From the NCBI GenBank assembly GCA_000182565.2, contig KQ257456.1: a stretch of 29,083 nt of DNA. One strand, 5' to 3'. This DNA comes from Spizellomyces punctatus DAOM BR117. Its lineage: Eukaryota. The translations under genes were made by a program, and so were the position numbers. Below, one piece after another: positions 8,140 to 23,667 of the stretch. The first letter of the stretch is position 1. Every line of letters starts with the position of its first letter. The notes under the pieces are model-generated. The model made no database searches. It saw nothing but the letters and a program-made list of their open reading frames with translations, and was not told the DNA's origin.

Positions 8140-10433
8140 CTAGATTTCCTCCGTGTAATTGCTGGGGGAAAAAGTTTTGGTGAGCGTGCCTGAATATGAA
8201 CGGGGTGCAATTGTGAGGTGCGTAAACTCAGGCAGCTTACCCTGGTATAAAGCCTTCCAAGTTGCCGTCTGGTCGATGTACACGCGCCTTCCACCATCTA
8301 CAGGCACACAGTGTCAAACGTTGCAATGGTGATAAGCAAAAGGTTCTTTTGTACAAACCCATCGTCCTGCTTCTCCAATACATCCACCTCTTCCCCTGCC
8401 TTGACACATAGTTCATTATTGTCCGCATTTCCCTCAAAATCATACATTAGCTTCACTCGACAAATCACAGAGGTATTGCCGTCATGATTGCTGTCATGAT
8501 CGTGTGAAGATGCCAATTGGTGGGAGCTGCCATGATGCGACCTCTCTTCAACTTCTGTCGCACGAGGGCTTTCAACAATAGATGATTGTGGAATCAATCC
8601 ACCGGACGATCCTTCGCTCTTTGTAGTATGCACGCTCAATGGTCTTGCGGCACTCACAGGCGTGCCACTTCCGACGCTCGATGAATCAGAAAAGGGCGTC
8701 AAAGGACTTGATTGACCTTGTCCATAAGCCTTTCCTCCAATTTGAACCGCCGGTGGGTCGGGGGGTGCTACTCCGTCCAATGTGGAGATGTACACTTGCA
8801 ATTTATGCTTCTTGTGCAAAATGAGGGCTATTCGCTGATCCAATGCCTGATGCTGGTCATCCAAATCGCGCTGCACTTTCGGGTCTTTGGCAATCTCAGG
8901 TTTCGAAGCGTATACAGCCATGAGCGTGTCCACACCTGTTCGTTTCTTTTCCACCTCTGCAAGCTCCTTGTCGAGGACTTTGATTCTCTCTAAAGCTTTC
9001 TTTCTACCCTGCTTCCCAGGCAGGACCACAATGGCATCCTCCTTGTTATCATCTATCTCATCCCGCGTTTTCGTGAAACCTCTCGTCGACGTCTTCTTGT
9101 TGAGATTCGAAGTTGCCAAAGCTCGCTCTTCAAATGTGAAATCAGCTGGATAAGGTGAATGTGTTTGTGTCATTTTGATAAATGTTGCGGAGTCATAGGA
9201 GGGGGTGATTTTTTCAAACATGTCGACCATATTCTCGAGAGCGGTGGTGAGACTCGGCATTTGGGAAGCGAGGAGACCTGAATACTTTAGAAAGGCATTT
9301 TTCGAAAAATCTATACGGTTTTGCTCGTCTTTCGATTGGATGATCTGTGAGCGTTAGAAGGTGACGTGATGTAAGTTTGCTTTGCGAGTCGATGTCCAAC
9401 CTAAGGAGGCGGGCTTACATTAAGGACACTTGGAATGGTCTCTGTATAATACTTTTCTTTGGCGATATTTGTTTGCTCTAAAAGCACATATGGAGCCGCC
9501 GTTAGAAACCGCCAACAAAAAGCTTCAGACAAAAGGAACCCACCAATGCACTGCTTATATCCTGTCGCTGCCTCCTGCGCAAGCATTGCCTTCTTTTCCG
9601 CTTCGGTTCGCAACTATTGGAAAGATTTAACATCATAAACTTTAAGAAGTAGCACGATCCAAACCGCCACACCTTTTCAATATCCTTCGCCGTCTTATTC
9701 ATATCCTGATTTGCACTCTCATAGGCCTGTCTCGCGGCATCCATGTCCTTTGTCGCCTTGTCATACTTTTGTCGAGTCTTTTCGAGGTTGTCAACTACTT
9801 TGCGATAGTCCAGCGTATATTTACGAAGGTCGTCGAAATGCTATGCATAACGGATGCAGATGAGACCTACGAATAATAGGAAACTGACGGAGCATACACA
9901 CCTGTTTAAACACTTTGTCGTTCTCTTTAATTTGGTTTTTGATGCTTTTTCTCAAATCAGTGTCCATGTTTTCTGCCATACTGGTGTGGAATGTTGCTGT
10001 ATGTTCGGTCATTGTGAGGAGTTGAAGCCAACTTTGGGCCACCGTACTACACATTCAATCGTCAAATCTGCGATTCCCGACTCCCAAACCAAAAATTCAA
10101 AGAACAAGAAAAAGCCAGGGGACACATACCCACTTAGAACGGCCACCCCCAACCCTTTGTTACCACTGCCCTGCCCCTCCTTTTTATTCAACTCCTCCTT
10201 GTGCGCTTTGACCAGTTTTTGCAACGACCGCGCATAATCGGCCTCGATTTCGGCTCGGCGTTTAAGGAATTCATTGAAGCGTTCCAGGGATTGCGTTCCG
10301 ATTTTCGTATAGGCTTCGACATTCTCCAGCTGATCCTATATTGAAATTGCGGTATTTGTAGCTGATAACTTGGATTTTCTCACGAGGTGATACGTACCCA
10401 CAGCGTTAGACCAAAGTTTGGTTGGTCATCCAT
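8140..10433 (-). CDS. F-BAR-HR1-SH3 protein of the CIP4/Toca-1/FBP17 (Bzz1-related) family, ~582 aa, 9 exons
   Basis: Exons 10433-10398, 10335-10130, 10046-9902, 9840-9673, 9613-9544, 9477-9419, 9344-8359, 8297-8241 and 8161-8140. FCH/F-BAR start FGLTLWDQ...FLKRRAEIEADYARSLQKL. HR1-like RKKALERIKVLDKEL...VYASKP..DP. C-terminal SH3 VKLMYDF..NEL....GWW...GFIPGNY. Confidence 0.9.
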
Positions 10434-11188
10434 CGTCTGGTGTAAAGAGGTTACGAGGATGGCAGATGAGAGAAATAGAATGCAGACAGTTGAACAGTAA
10501 GGGATATCGAATCTCTGCAGATGCGCCAACAAGTTACCCGAATTTCGACTTTTACGAACCACCCAAGCACTTTATCAGGAGGTTTCGGATAACGCTCCTT
10601 TCTCGCGAATCACGCATCGGACAATTTCTGGTCACCGCATAATGCATTGCCCTAAAAATATCACAACATTCTCGAAACTGAGGGCTACATTAGGGTGCCG
10701 GTTTATCGACACGCGCGTTCTGAACATGAGCCAGTTCTCAACCAAACAGTATAGGAGCATTGATACACAAGAGATAAAAATACATTATGCTACAAAATGA
10801 GAATCCCATGGACCAGTCCGTCCGTTTTCCCCCTCACTGCATTGGAGAGCAAGGATCTATCCCAGCCGAATTACCGGTGTCCTGAGAAGGTAAAGAGAAA
10901 GTATAAGTGATCATATGGAGACTTTTCCGAAGGATTGTGTATAAATGCTGATGCGAGGAATGGGGCGACGCATCCAGTATTTAGAGAGAGAGAGAAGTCG
11001 GAGGGAAGACAAAAAGGGATTCGGGAGATGAGTACCATGGTGCCGACACAAGTCAATCTCCGTCAAGAAAAACCACGATAGTTTATTCTATAAAGACGGG
11101 GAAGCAAAGGAACCATTGATACACCTTACTTTCCCATGAACCAACATTATGATAATTCCAACCTCTTTCTCTCTCTCCGTCGATTGGA

Positions 11189-13706
11189 TCACCCCAACCT
11201 CGCAGTCCGCAACCGCTCCAAGGGCGGTGATGAATGCGCGGTAGATCCCTTACCCCATCGTGAGACAGATTCAGCAACTTCACGCAGAAAGCTATATGAG
11301 CGAAAATAATAACAGTTCCGGTCAGGCCATGGATATTCAGGACGATGATCACAGACGAACACATTTCACCCATACCTTTGTGAGTTATGCACGGTAGTGC
11401 CTCCAAGTACGATTCTCACTCCAGGGTTGCTCGCATTTAGTTTAGCTACTTCATGTGCCTCCGCATATGTGGCACCACCAATCATAAACACAATAATATC
11501 TTGAGGTCTAATCCCATATGAAATTTATCAGCGACTGTCTTCCAAGCAGATTCCAAAACAATAAAGATTCAAGTTACTCACTTATCCCGTGTGCTGCCCT
11601 CGATCAATGGATATAGTTGATCCTTTAGGCGGCCTTTGATACAATCTTGGATGGTTTCGACGAGATGGGGTGAATGTTGCGTGTACACGTTTTCAACGCC
11701 CTTCGTGGTGTGAATGAGTCACCGAGCGACAATACACAATGAGAAAGGTTCTTACCTGGAGACCTTTGAAGACATTCTTTGTGCGTGCAAACACATTCTG
11801 ATTTGAAAAGAGGTCTTCAAGACGTTGATCTGTTCCCGCAAACTGTATGAGGTGACCAACCACCTAAGACATCATAATGATCTTGTTGGTTGGCTGCTGG
11901 AATTCATGTTCAGTAATCTACACATACCGCAATCTTCTTGTCGCTCACTCCGCTTCGGGCTAATAGATCGAGCAACTGCGGGGTAGCATTACTCTGTGAC
12001 TTCTCGTATCGCAACGCGTAGAGCAGAACTAGGCGAATTCGTGCATCGTCAGGTATATCGGTACGCTCGAGCATAGAACGTAAAACCTTTGCAATTGTTC
12101 GTTAAAACTGCTCTGCAGTTTTGAGCTTTCTGGTCCATCCGACCAACCTTCAAGTCTTGGGCATGGTTATCGTTGACAGCCAAGCTCTGCTCCAATTCGC
12201 CTACTTCCATCAAATGTTGCCGGCTAACTTGTCTACTGAGCTCTCCCACCAACGTAACATGCTTCGTTACGTTTCCAGAGAGCTTTCGAAATTCTGGGTA
12301 GTCCTCCACAAACTTCTTCATATCTGCGATAGAGTTGATTTCGGCAGACGACTTATGCTTGGTTTGGTACTCGTCCACGTAGGTTTTAATGTTGCCACCT
12401 AGATCCCCCAAATTGAGATACATGCTTTTTCGGTAAAAGCTGTCCTGTTCTGGATTTAGAACCACTTCCTGATGACGTGAGAGAGGTGAACAAACAAGCT
12501 AACACAGGTGATCAGATGAAGGTTGCCATTCCGGTACCTTCATTTCTGGACGGACATCCGGTAGACCTGACAAGTCGACCCTCCCATTGCTGATCCCAAT
12601 TAGTTCGTGCACCATTGCTTGATAGGTCCATTGGAGCAGCAAGGGAGTAACAGGATCGTTGCGGCGGTCCATGATGAGAAGAATAGGAGGGGTATCTGGT
12701 CTTCGGAAGTCGAACAGAGGTCCTTCCTGCTGTATTTGATACTTATTCCAAAAGAACGTCAGATCTTCTACACATCTTGCGCTCATAAAATTCACATACC
12801 GCTAGCTCCCCTGCCAATTTCTTTGCCAGTGCTGAACTCTTCTCATATCGTATTAGCGGCTTCTTTTTTAGCGCTAAAAGTAGCGCCAAAATTCCCTCCG
12901 TGGTGCGAGAAAACGTTCGGGTATCCCAAGTATTGAGGTTTTCGACAAAAAGTGGATTCTGCGGAGCCGCCAAGTTGAGAGAAAAGAGGTCTGCATTGAT
13001 AGATAGGAAGTCCGCATAGTACTCCTGAAGATAAATGCCATGAAGTAATTTGCCTATGTTCGGGTATATTAGCGCGCCATAGTGAACGCACCTGCACTTC
13101 TCGCACGACTTCGTGCTCATCAACTTCCGCTAGCCGCTCGATATCCGATTTTCGCAAAGTATTGCTGAAATCTGTGTCACAGATCTAGCGTCAGAAGCAT
13201 GTCAAGGGCATCCCAGCAGACTCAACCTCCTTATCTCCAAGCATTCTTCTTCAACAGTCCAGGCTGTACTCACACAAGTAATAATCTCCATACCGTGGCT
13301 CCCTCAATTCCTCCACCAATGCCTGAACTGACTCCCCGGTCGGCCTCAAAAAGCAAATACATCGCAGATGCCGCATTTTCTCTCGCTGACGGTTATCTAT
13401 CCGGTCGATAAGATAAACTTCGCGTTGGAGGAGCTGCGTTTGAGTCATGACCATTGATATTATGGAAGTCTATGGATAGAGAAGATATGGACGTAAGCGT
13501 CGGGACGACAAGTATTTCTTTGGACCCAGCTGAAGGTACATACTGTCTCGGCATCCATAAGTAACACTTTCATCCCTGTAACCTCATTTATCATTTTGTT
13601 GAGGTAATTCTGTTGTGTGAAGACGATGATAATCAGCACCACAATTACAATATTATATATGATTGGCTATGAAGAACCTGACCTGGACCGCCTTTATTAC
13701 GTCCAT
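11189..13706 (-). CDS. VPS45: Vacuolar protein sorting-associated protein 45 (Sec1/Munc18 family), multi-exon
   Basis: N-terminus [26 protein letters not shown]. Internal motifs [47 protein letters not shown] and [20 protein letters not shown]-terminal [16 protein letters not shown]...LGGTTVHNS, then stop at 11189-11191. Confidence 0.96.
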
Positions 13707-14175
13707 TTTGACCGGCTTCTCAAATGTAGAATGGGAGGAGTGTACTGACCGCGGGCAATTTTACACGGTTCTCCGCGGCGTACAAAGGCACGTCGGTGTC
13801 GAGAGCCACCGGGGAAGAAGGTAGTTTTCAAAGATACCGGTATCTAATCGCTATTATCGCCCGAAAATGAGCTTTGGTTTCGCAGATGCACAATGGGTTG
13901 TAGGATTTGCAAAGACTAGTTGGCCGCCCCAACGCGTTGTCGGAGCTGTTCCCACTCACGTGCGTCCTCGATGCTCTGCCATCAAGTTGGCAATCCAAAG
14001 CACTTCAAATTATTTTTAACAGGATGAACGGATGCCATCCACGATAGCAATTTGGGAAGCATTATTTCCTTCTAAGCTAGCTAGACTAAACACCTGCATG
14101 GCAACGAGTCCGCCCAAAGAGAGGACGCTACTGTAAATGCCTATCTTGCATGTGCACAATTACATAGTGCCAATA

Positions 14176-15529
14176 TCATTTATTCGCAATTCGGACCCCG
14201 TTCACATCACATGGCGATTCCTCCCTATTTGGATCATCGGGTTTCTTCCTCAAACCGCTCAGACCTGCTTGCAGATTAGGATCCTTCGACTCCATAATTG
14301 TCGTCAGCAAGGCCTTTTCAATAATTTCCAATTCCCTCACCCTCGTTTCTAACCATTCTCTACGTCCCCTAAATTTACGCTCCACTTGCACCTCCACTTC
14401 AAGCTCTCTTACTCTATTTTCCAAGTACTCGTTCCTATCGATCAGCGCGCTCAAATCTCCGGCGGACACCATCGTTCCTTTTGCCACGCTAACTGGTGGT
14501 GGAACGGGGAGGCTTGATAAACTCGACGTGGGAGTTCCGGTGGGAGAAGCGGTCAAGGACGAATCTGCCGACCTTTCTGCTCCTATGCGAGAGACATTAA
14601 TAGCCGGTTCTCCGGGCTTATGATACATATGAAAGTGATGCGTTGACGCTGTCGGGCTCCGGACCGCGGATGTTGCCGCTGGTGATGTGACTGGCATAGA
14701 CGGAGGTGGATACATTCCAAAAGGTAGAGCTGCGGTAAGAAATGGAGGAGGGTATGGATAGTGAGTCTGCGTGGGAGGTGTTCCGGGTGCATCAGTCAAT
14801 GTCCCTGCAAATGGCTGCCCAAAAAACGCCATATTAGAATTCAAGCGCATTGAGCTATCGTGCACAGAATCATTAATACAAAATGAAGCTACGTACCGAG
14901 CCGACACTGGCCGCTGAAGAATCATCCTTAGCCTTGACCTGCGTTCCCATGCTCGTCAATCGCGAGATCCGGCCAAAGCTGTTCAGCCCACAACAAGGGG
15001 CTGATGATCCTTCTACCCGCATGTGGCGGTTCAATGCATCGAGGCGAGAGAAATCGCGATGACAATGGGGGCATTTGTATGGTTTTACTCCATCATGAAG
15101 ACGCTGATGTCTCTTTAGATCGTGCTGGCGAGAGAAGGCCTGACTGCAAACATCGCAGGTGAAAGGACGCTCGCGACTGTGAACGAATGAGTGCGACTTC
15201 AGATTATGTTGTCGTGAGAAGGTTTGATCGCATTTGTCGCAGGCGTAGGGTTTGTCGGGAGTGGCGTGAGGAAGGAGAGGAAGATGCGGACCGTCCATAG
15301 AGTCCAAGGTCACAACGTTGTTGCTCAGCGATGTGGTATTCCCGCCCTCATCTGGGTGTCCTCTGTCGTTGGTTTGCCTCTCAGCTGACAATTCTTGCTG
15401 GGCTGCATGAGCCGCATGCGCTGCGTGAGCTGCCGCCGCTGCCGCCTGCATTGCATGCATCGCAGCGACCGCGGCTGGACCTTGAGTCGACTTCGAGTTG
15501 TCTGGGAGTGTGATGATATCTGTGCTCAT
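14176..15529 (-). CDS. C2H2 zinc-finger transcription factor with three Crz1-like fingers and a C-terminal coiled coil (~423 aa)
   Basis: Fingers CDKCDQTFSRQHNLKSH, CDVCSQAFSRQHDLKRH and CPHCHRDFSRLDALNRH. Phase-0 intron 14896-14815 (GTACGT..CTAAT..CAG) joins ORF 14873..15529 to ORF 14176..14925. An extra 5' exon is possible. Confidence 0.88.
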
Positions 15530-16505
15530 ACCTTAAATTGGAAAAGACGAACCATAGTGTTAGAGACATGGCCGAGTCTTTGAGAGCAGGTAGATCGGCG
15601 GTGCAGAGATGCTGGAGAAAGTCTGACGTGCATATCTTATTCACGCCTCCGCCGCGAACGCCTCAACTCGCCCACACCAGCCCGTGGCGGGGGTCGGCAC
15701 CCACCTGGTAAGATCGGAGGATGGAGGCTCAACGTCCAGCAAGACCAAAATTCTCCTACGTGACACTCCACTGTGATTCCGATTCTGGCTGAATCGCCGC
15801 TTCTGGTGAGTATGCAAAGGTCGAATGCAGACAGTGCGGCCGACGTTGACAGTTTGCCAGGAGGCCGAACAAACGCGTGCAGTAGCTTGCCTAACGCGAC
15901 TTCGAAAGTGGCGGATCGCCACAGTGGCCACCAATGATCGAGGACTTGCGCCACGATGAGCATTAGGTAATACACTCCGATCTCCTTTTCTGCTTCAACG
16001 ATCTAGCTACATCTTGAGATAGAGCATATTAGTCGAAATAATTATGAGCATCTCTTAATTTAGGTCTGAATCACCAATGTCATGTGAAAAGACTCAGAGC
16101 TGCTGATGATACAAGCATAGACTTTGCGGAATATTCATACAGCAATGTAGACGTTTCCGAAACAGCGGCCAATCTGCCGAGTTTAGTTTTTGAACACCAA
16201 GCAACGACGGAATATTTACCAGCGATGTAAATATGGGAAGGTAAAGCATGTAGGCGGATAGCACCCAAAGGACCTGCAGCATCCCATCATCATCTTGGCC
16301 AAGCATATGGCCACCTCTCCAACAATAACCCTTAAACTGCTGATACTTGGGGAGGGTACTAACGCTGTGCTCAACACAGCTAATGTATTACTAAAAGAAG
16401 CACATCCCAAGCGACCCAAAAATAGAGCGGTCCAGGGATATCCTTCCCACAAATGGGGCCACAAATAACTCATAGAAATTCAATACCGAAGTTCTTCTAG
16501 CTTGT

Positions 16506-18069
16506 TTACTGCTTTACTTCCGCGACTGGGACGTTTGCCTCATCTGCCACCTCTTTGCCTTTATTCACGGCAATTGGCCCTTCTTGGATGAATATACAGA
16601 GAATACTTGCGAGTCCCAAACAGTATCCAGCAATCAGGAACGCCCACGGAAGACCTTCTTCACCGAGAGAGTCGCTCATTGCAGAAACGACAAAGGTAAT
16701 GATGAGTTGAGGTACTATTTGAATGGATATAATGGGATGAGTCAACCAATATACGGTTAAAGGGAAGGCGTGCTAGTTTATACGTACAGCAGATGAACAA
16801 ATTGAGGAGACCCATCCGCACGCCAATTTCATCAGATGTGTCCTCAGCAGCGTATCTTCCGACAAGGGCAAAGGGGAAGGCATTGATGGCAGAATTGGAT
16901 ATAGCCCAGAGCATGGTGACAAAGTAGGCCATGGTAACTGTCTGTGGTCCGACTTTGGCAAGGATAAAGAAGACTGCACCGACCGCAAGGCAAAGGAGGT
17001 ATGGAATACGGACTTTGGTCAGAATACCGCGAGAAACGATAAAGGCTAGGGAAAGACCGAAAACTGTTTGGATGATGGCTTGGTAAAGTGAAGAGTCGCC
17101 ATAGTTCTTTTGTCCCTCCTTGTAGAGTGCCTCTCTTTCTGCGGAGCAGCCAGTGTCTTTGGGGCAACCTTTGTACACGTTGATGCCCCACCAACTGGAA
17201 GCAGCCGGCCAGTAGGCAAAAGCGGCAGCCCATGACAAGAATTCAATAGCGCATACGACGACCATCTTTTTGTCCATCTTGAAGACGTTCCGGATGACAA
17301 CGACAAAAGGCTCGGTGACCTTAATCTTTTTAACTTCACGAGTAGTGCGCTTCTCGGTAATGACAAAGCAGGTTAAGGTAATGAAGAAGATGTTGACGGC
17401 CATGACCGTGAAAATGAGCTTGGGGAGATCCTCAGGTGAGCCTGTCCAGAAGGCCCGAGAAAGACCAAAGCCAAGCATGGAACCTGGAGAAAAGGATGGG
17501 TTCATCACATGAAGTAACCGCTTAGACTTGATGTACTGAGACACTTACCACAGCCCTGGAAAAAGGTCGCAAACAATTGCACCGTGGTCTGTTGATCTTC
17601 GGCAGCATTGTCACCAGCCAGTGCTCTCAGCGGCGTTTGCATAACATTGATGGTGATATCCAGGATGATGAAGGAGATGAAAGAAACCGCGAGTCTCGCG
17701 CTACCGTAGTTGTTCGAGAGGGCAAAGACAGTTGAGGCAATAACGGTTAAGATGAGACCTGCGATGATAAACGGTCTCCGTCGACCGAGACGACTGGTAC
17801 AGGCATCGGAAAAGGCTCCGACAACCGGGGCAGTGAAGAAGCCGGTAATGGGGCCGAAAATCCAGACTGGAAAAGCAAAGTTACATTGCATCCAAAATCG
17901 CTAAAGCGCAAAATCCGGACATACTGTTTCGCGACCAGAAAGGCCCAAGATGGTATGATTCCATGACAGGCGTGATGACACTGAACTCTGTAGACCAGAT
18001 GGCTTGAACGCCAATCCAGGGCATTGTTAACAGCGCCAGCTGGAAAAAGGATAGCCTTTGTTCCGACAT
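16506..18069 (-). CDS. Sucrose/alpha-glucoside:H+ symporter-like MFS transporter (SUT/SUC-SLC45 clade), ~455 aa
   Basis: Exons 18069-17925, 17866-17549, 17483-16788 and 16714-16506. Family motifs WIFGPITGF..PVVGAFSDACTSRLGRRRPFI, DITINVMQTPLRAL and GVRMGLLNLFICLPQL. Confidence 0.92.
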
Positions 18070-19326
18070 GTCGAATATGAGGATAACGTGAACCCAGACA
18101 AAAGCTGGAGAGAAGTCGCAGGATGGGGAGCTATTTAGCGACCTTCAAGACCCGCCCTAAACTTAATACTAGCTAGTGCTTTTTTTTCTTTCTGTCCATG
18201 CCGTCAGTAGAGCGAAATTTATGTAGAAACTTTTTGTCTCTTCTGACTACCTCCATGATTTTGCACTCTTTCGACGACCCAAGGAGAGGATTACAATCGT
18301 AACTAGGATCGTCAATCGATACTGCCATAGTGCTCTTGGGGCGCACACTTGAAGGAAGCAAAATCGGACCCAAAAAATGACAAACAGTCTGTCGCGTGAG
18401 GAAAGCAAATTTCAAGTGCACCAAAGCCTAACTGGAAGGTCGTTTAACGCAAACAGCAAAAAGCAACACCGCTCGGCCGCGCAGAAACGTGCCTGTGCGC
18501 GCTCGGCAGACTGTAAACTGCATACAATTAGCACGAAAAGGACAAAAAAAAAAGAGTAAGAAATCCCTGGGCTATCATCGCTACAGCAGATTTCATTATA
18601 GGTAGTACTTGGCCGCCCTGCCCCGCTGCCCCCATTGCGCAAAGTAATTCCACAGGAGGACTGGCACAAAGTGCTCGCTGTTCACATTAGAATCAAGATC
18701 ATATCGATCAACACGATTCAAACATATCGTTACATATGCAGGGCAACAGTGGGCGATTGCAAGTTGCAAAGACCAAAAACCTTAAACCCGGTAAAGAAAA
18801 ACCTTGACGAAAAGATCCAACATTTTTTGCCCTTCAGTAATCTGGGCGTTGTTGAAGGCCTTGCCAAGACCTTGCATGTAACGGATTTGGTGGAACTACC
18901 AGAGAAGCGTCCGTCTGCATGTCCAGACGAAAGGTCTGCTAAGTTAAGAACTGATATCGTTAGGCGATTATTCGCTGCTTGAATTAGCTTAGGCAGGCAG
19001 CCATTTGGCGAGGAGCGACTGATCGTGAAAGCTGGCATGAAACCCAGATTCTGCAATTACATGAATGAAACATAACGTTGATTAGGTGTTTTCTCAAGCA
19101 GATGTCGAGAGTGCTTTCAAGATGCCAAAGACCAAAAAATTGGGTATTCCGCATGAAATGCTCGTCAATATTCACGAGTTGCTATGACAACAAAAACTGA
19201 TCAAAGCCGTGTAATTGGGGCCTCAGAGAGACTATTGGCAAAAATGTCCTGATATCCTCCAAAGTAACTAGTTTCCCCCTACCAAAAGAATTAAATATAT
19301 GTATACATGAGTCTCTTCTCCTCCTC

Positions 19327-20638
19327 CTAGTACCCCTTGTCAGCTAGCTTTGTCACCAGCCCCAAGTAAAATCCAACAGAATCAAAATTCTCTCGTTTCG
19401 CAACCGCAGATGTAATGCCCCTCACTTTGGGTGGTATCAGCTGCCAATGATCGCAGGAAACAGTTCCCATAAACTCTCCCCACTTTGCACTGTCCAGCGA
19501 GACGAGACCATCATTGGCGCCCTCACGGGAGGAAATGATGCGGTAAGAAAAGTAAAGCGGGGCAAGCGGGCTCACGTCCGTTACAGCTGCGTAAGATGAG
19601 TAGTGCACTGTAGGATCGTCTGGAGTAACGTGGTTGAAGGCAGAGCAGTAGTCGCGTGTCAAGTTGGCGAATGCAGGAGAGTCAAGAGGAGAACAAAGCG
19701 CGCGTACAACAGGGTGTGCTTGGACCATTCTGGTTTGAGAAGCAGTATTTTCTGGAAGAGGGCGTGGCGGCTGCGTTGTAGTGTGCTCCTTCAGGTATTT
19801 TGCGACGACGTCATCCAATTGTTTGTTGACATAGTCGTGGAGGAGTCCTACACCAAAAGCATCACGGCACCAGTCCATGAATGCACTCCCTCGATGCGGC
19901 GTCGCGACTGTCGTTAGGGAATTGACCTTGAACTTGGGCGATGGAAGATGGGTGATCACATAGCGACAATCTAGTCCGCCCTGAAAAGCAAGTAGCTCGC
20001 TGTTAACTACAAACAGTGCAGGAGGTAATGTAGAAATAGGATGTATACCATTGAGTGAGCGATGAGATTGATCCGCTGCCCCTCCATGTGCGCTTCCAAG
20101 AATGCTCGGAGCTCATAGGCCCTCGTCTTGAGTGCGGCGACGGTCCCCACACGTGAAACATAAACTTTACAGCCAATATCCTTCAGCGCTTGCGCTATGC
20201 CCTTCCAGTAATGTATCTGAAGTGCTGGCAATGTTTCAGGGCCTGGATATGCACAGGATCATTTCAGCCAATCATACCTAGACCCCGACCAACTTTCTAG
20301 AACTTACCCAGCACATCGAATCCAAAAAGACCATGACACAACACTATTGGATCTCTTGGTGCTTTGTAATTCTCTTTTCCGACATAGCCTAAATGCGCTC
20401 GCTTGTTTCGGTGCTCTATGGACGATGGCAAGCCCCGATCGACGGGCCTCAAGTTGGCCCAGAGTATCCACGCCTTTGCTTTTCGTTCCTCTTGTCGTTG
20501 TTGTCTTTTGCGGGCTTGTAGTTGATCCCCTGCAGTAGCTCCAGTGAGATTTGCAGAGTTTGTGAATGAAAGTATCGGGGCAGTGAGGATGGAGGAGAGC
20601 TTTTGGCGGAGTTGAGCGGCAAAGGTTGTCAAAGACAT
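19327..20638 (-). CDS. Tgl2-like alpha/beta-hydrolase triacylglycerol lipase (~392 aa)
   Basis: Exons 20638-20308, 20242-20049 and 19980-19327. Motifs PIVLCHGLFGFD, nucleophile elbow AHSMGG, TTVATPHRGS, NDGLVS and DH. The N-terminus is basic and acid-free, resembling a mitochondrial presequence (inference). Confidence 0.92.
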
Positions 20639-22035
20639 TTATAAACGCGAAAGTGTATGCTGTAATGTGCTCTAAGAGGGCAGAGAGTAGGAAATTGTAA
20701 TAAATTGGTAAAGCAACGAGGTCCAATTCCCAAAACGAGATGGGGTCGGAGATGGGCAACTCGTTAAAAACCTGCGATGACATGCCATTTCCCCATTCAA
20801 ATGACCACATTCCCGTGATCCATCCGTTCACCCACGTGGACAAGTCATTTGAAGCCAAAAGCAGGAAAACGTGTCGCTTGAAGCATTTTTTGTTTACCTT
20901 TCAGACCCTCATGCGTTCATCAACTTTCAATGCATCGTTTAACAGGATATCGTCCTGTATGAATGTATTCGCAATGGAATCCCCGTGCAGGGAAACTGTA
21001 AGGCGTACGAAGAATGTGGATGAGAATCCGATTGAGTTGCCCTTTCCCTTTTTCGTACTTGGCGGCGGATGAATGGCAAAATTCCCAGATTTGGGGTGTT
21101 GACTTGTCTATTCACCCACTCAATCTGCAGTCGCCCTCTTTGCCAATCATAGCATATGGCATATGGCACCAGAACGGAACGGTGTATTCTGACCTCATTG
21201 GACAAAATCAAGAATTACTAGCGTGTGAGCATCTGCTTTCAGATACTCCTTCCATTGGACATTCATTTGACTAAAACAAAAGCGTCGGATCAGAGAAGCC
21301 TACAGGCATTTTCAGCACGGTCAGATCTAAGACGACCGTCGTGATATAAAGTCTCATCAGTTCCGCGCAAAAAGCTCCAGTTTCAGTCGGTGAGAATCCT
21401 ACTATTCCTCGTGTGGAACGAAACACACAAGACAGCTCGAGCCATTCCAGACTAAGAATAGTATGACCTCATAGACAAAAACAGGTTTATAGATACCCAG
21501 TCAGACGGAGCCCACCATCCTTCCTACCGGGTTGGAATATCCCAGAGGAGCAATCTTCAACGGGAGGGAGGCGACCAAAAGGCACGCCTCAAACGCTCCC
21601 CACTTCTCGTTGGATAGAGGCTCTCCGTCTCATCATCCTGGGTGATATGTGCGACTTTGTTAGAAAACAAAGCGAGGTACGACAGACTCCACATATGATC
21701 CTGAAGAGTTGGTCGATAAAGAAAACAAGAGGAGGACGAGGAACGACGGGTTTTTATAGCCCTGGAGCCGCATCACGCGAGTGGCGCAATGACAAAAAAA
21801 AGCATGAGCCAATCACCGGTGCAGCCACTGTTAACATGGAAACAGGACTGCGCAAATTCGCTTGTTCAAATCCACACGTGATCCCCTTTCAAAAATGTTC
21901 AGATATCGAACAAAAAAAACCAATGTTATCTATAAAAAAAATACAGTATGACGTCCTATAACAAGAACCCAATGTACCTGCATCAAAGATTCATCCTATA
22001 AGCCAACCATTCTATGCACCGCTCATTGAAAAAAA

Positions 22036-23667
<1,632 letters not shown>

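Noticed and set aside
10600-20655. Scattered ACGCGT/CGCGAA (MCB/SCB/E2F-like) motifs at ~10604, ~10711, ~13932, ~15873 and ~20647
   Set aside because: Isolated short matches next to genes with no cell-cycle link; expected by chance.
20740-21274. Short overlapping ORFs upstream of the lipase
   Set aside because: No recognisable motifs or consistent splice model on either strand.
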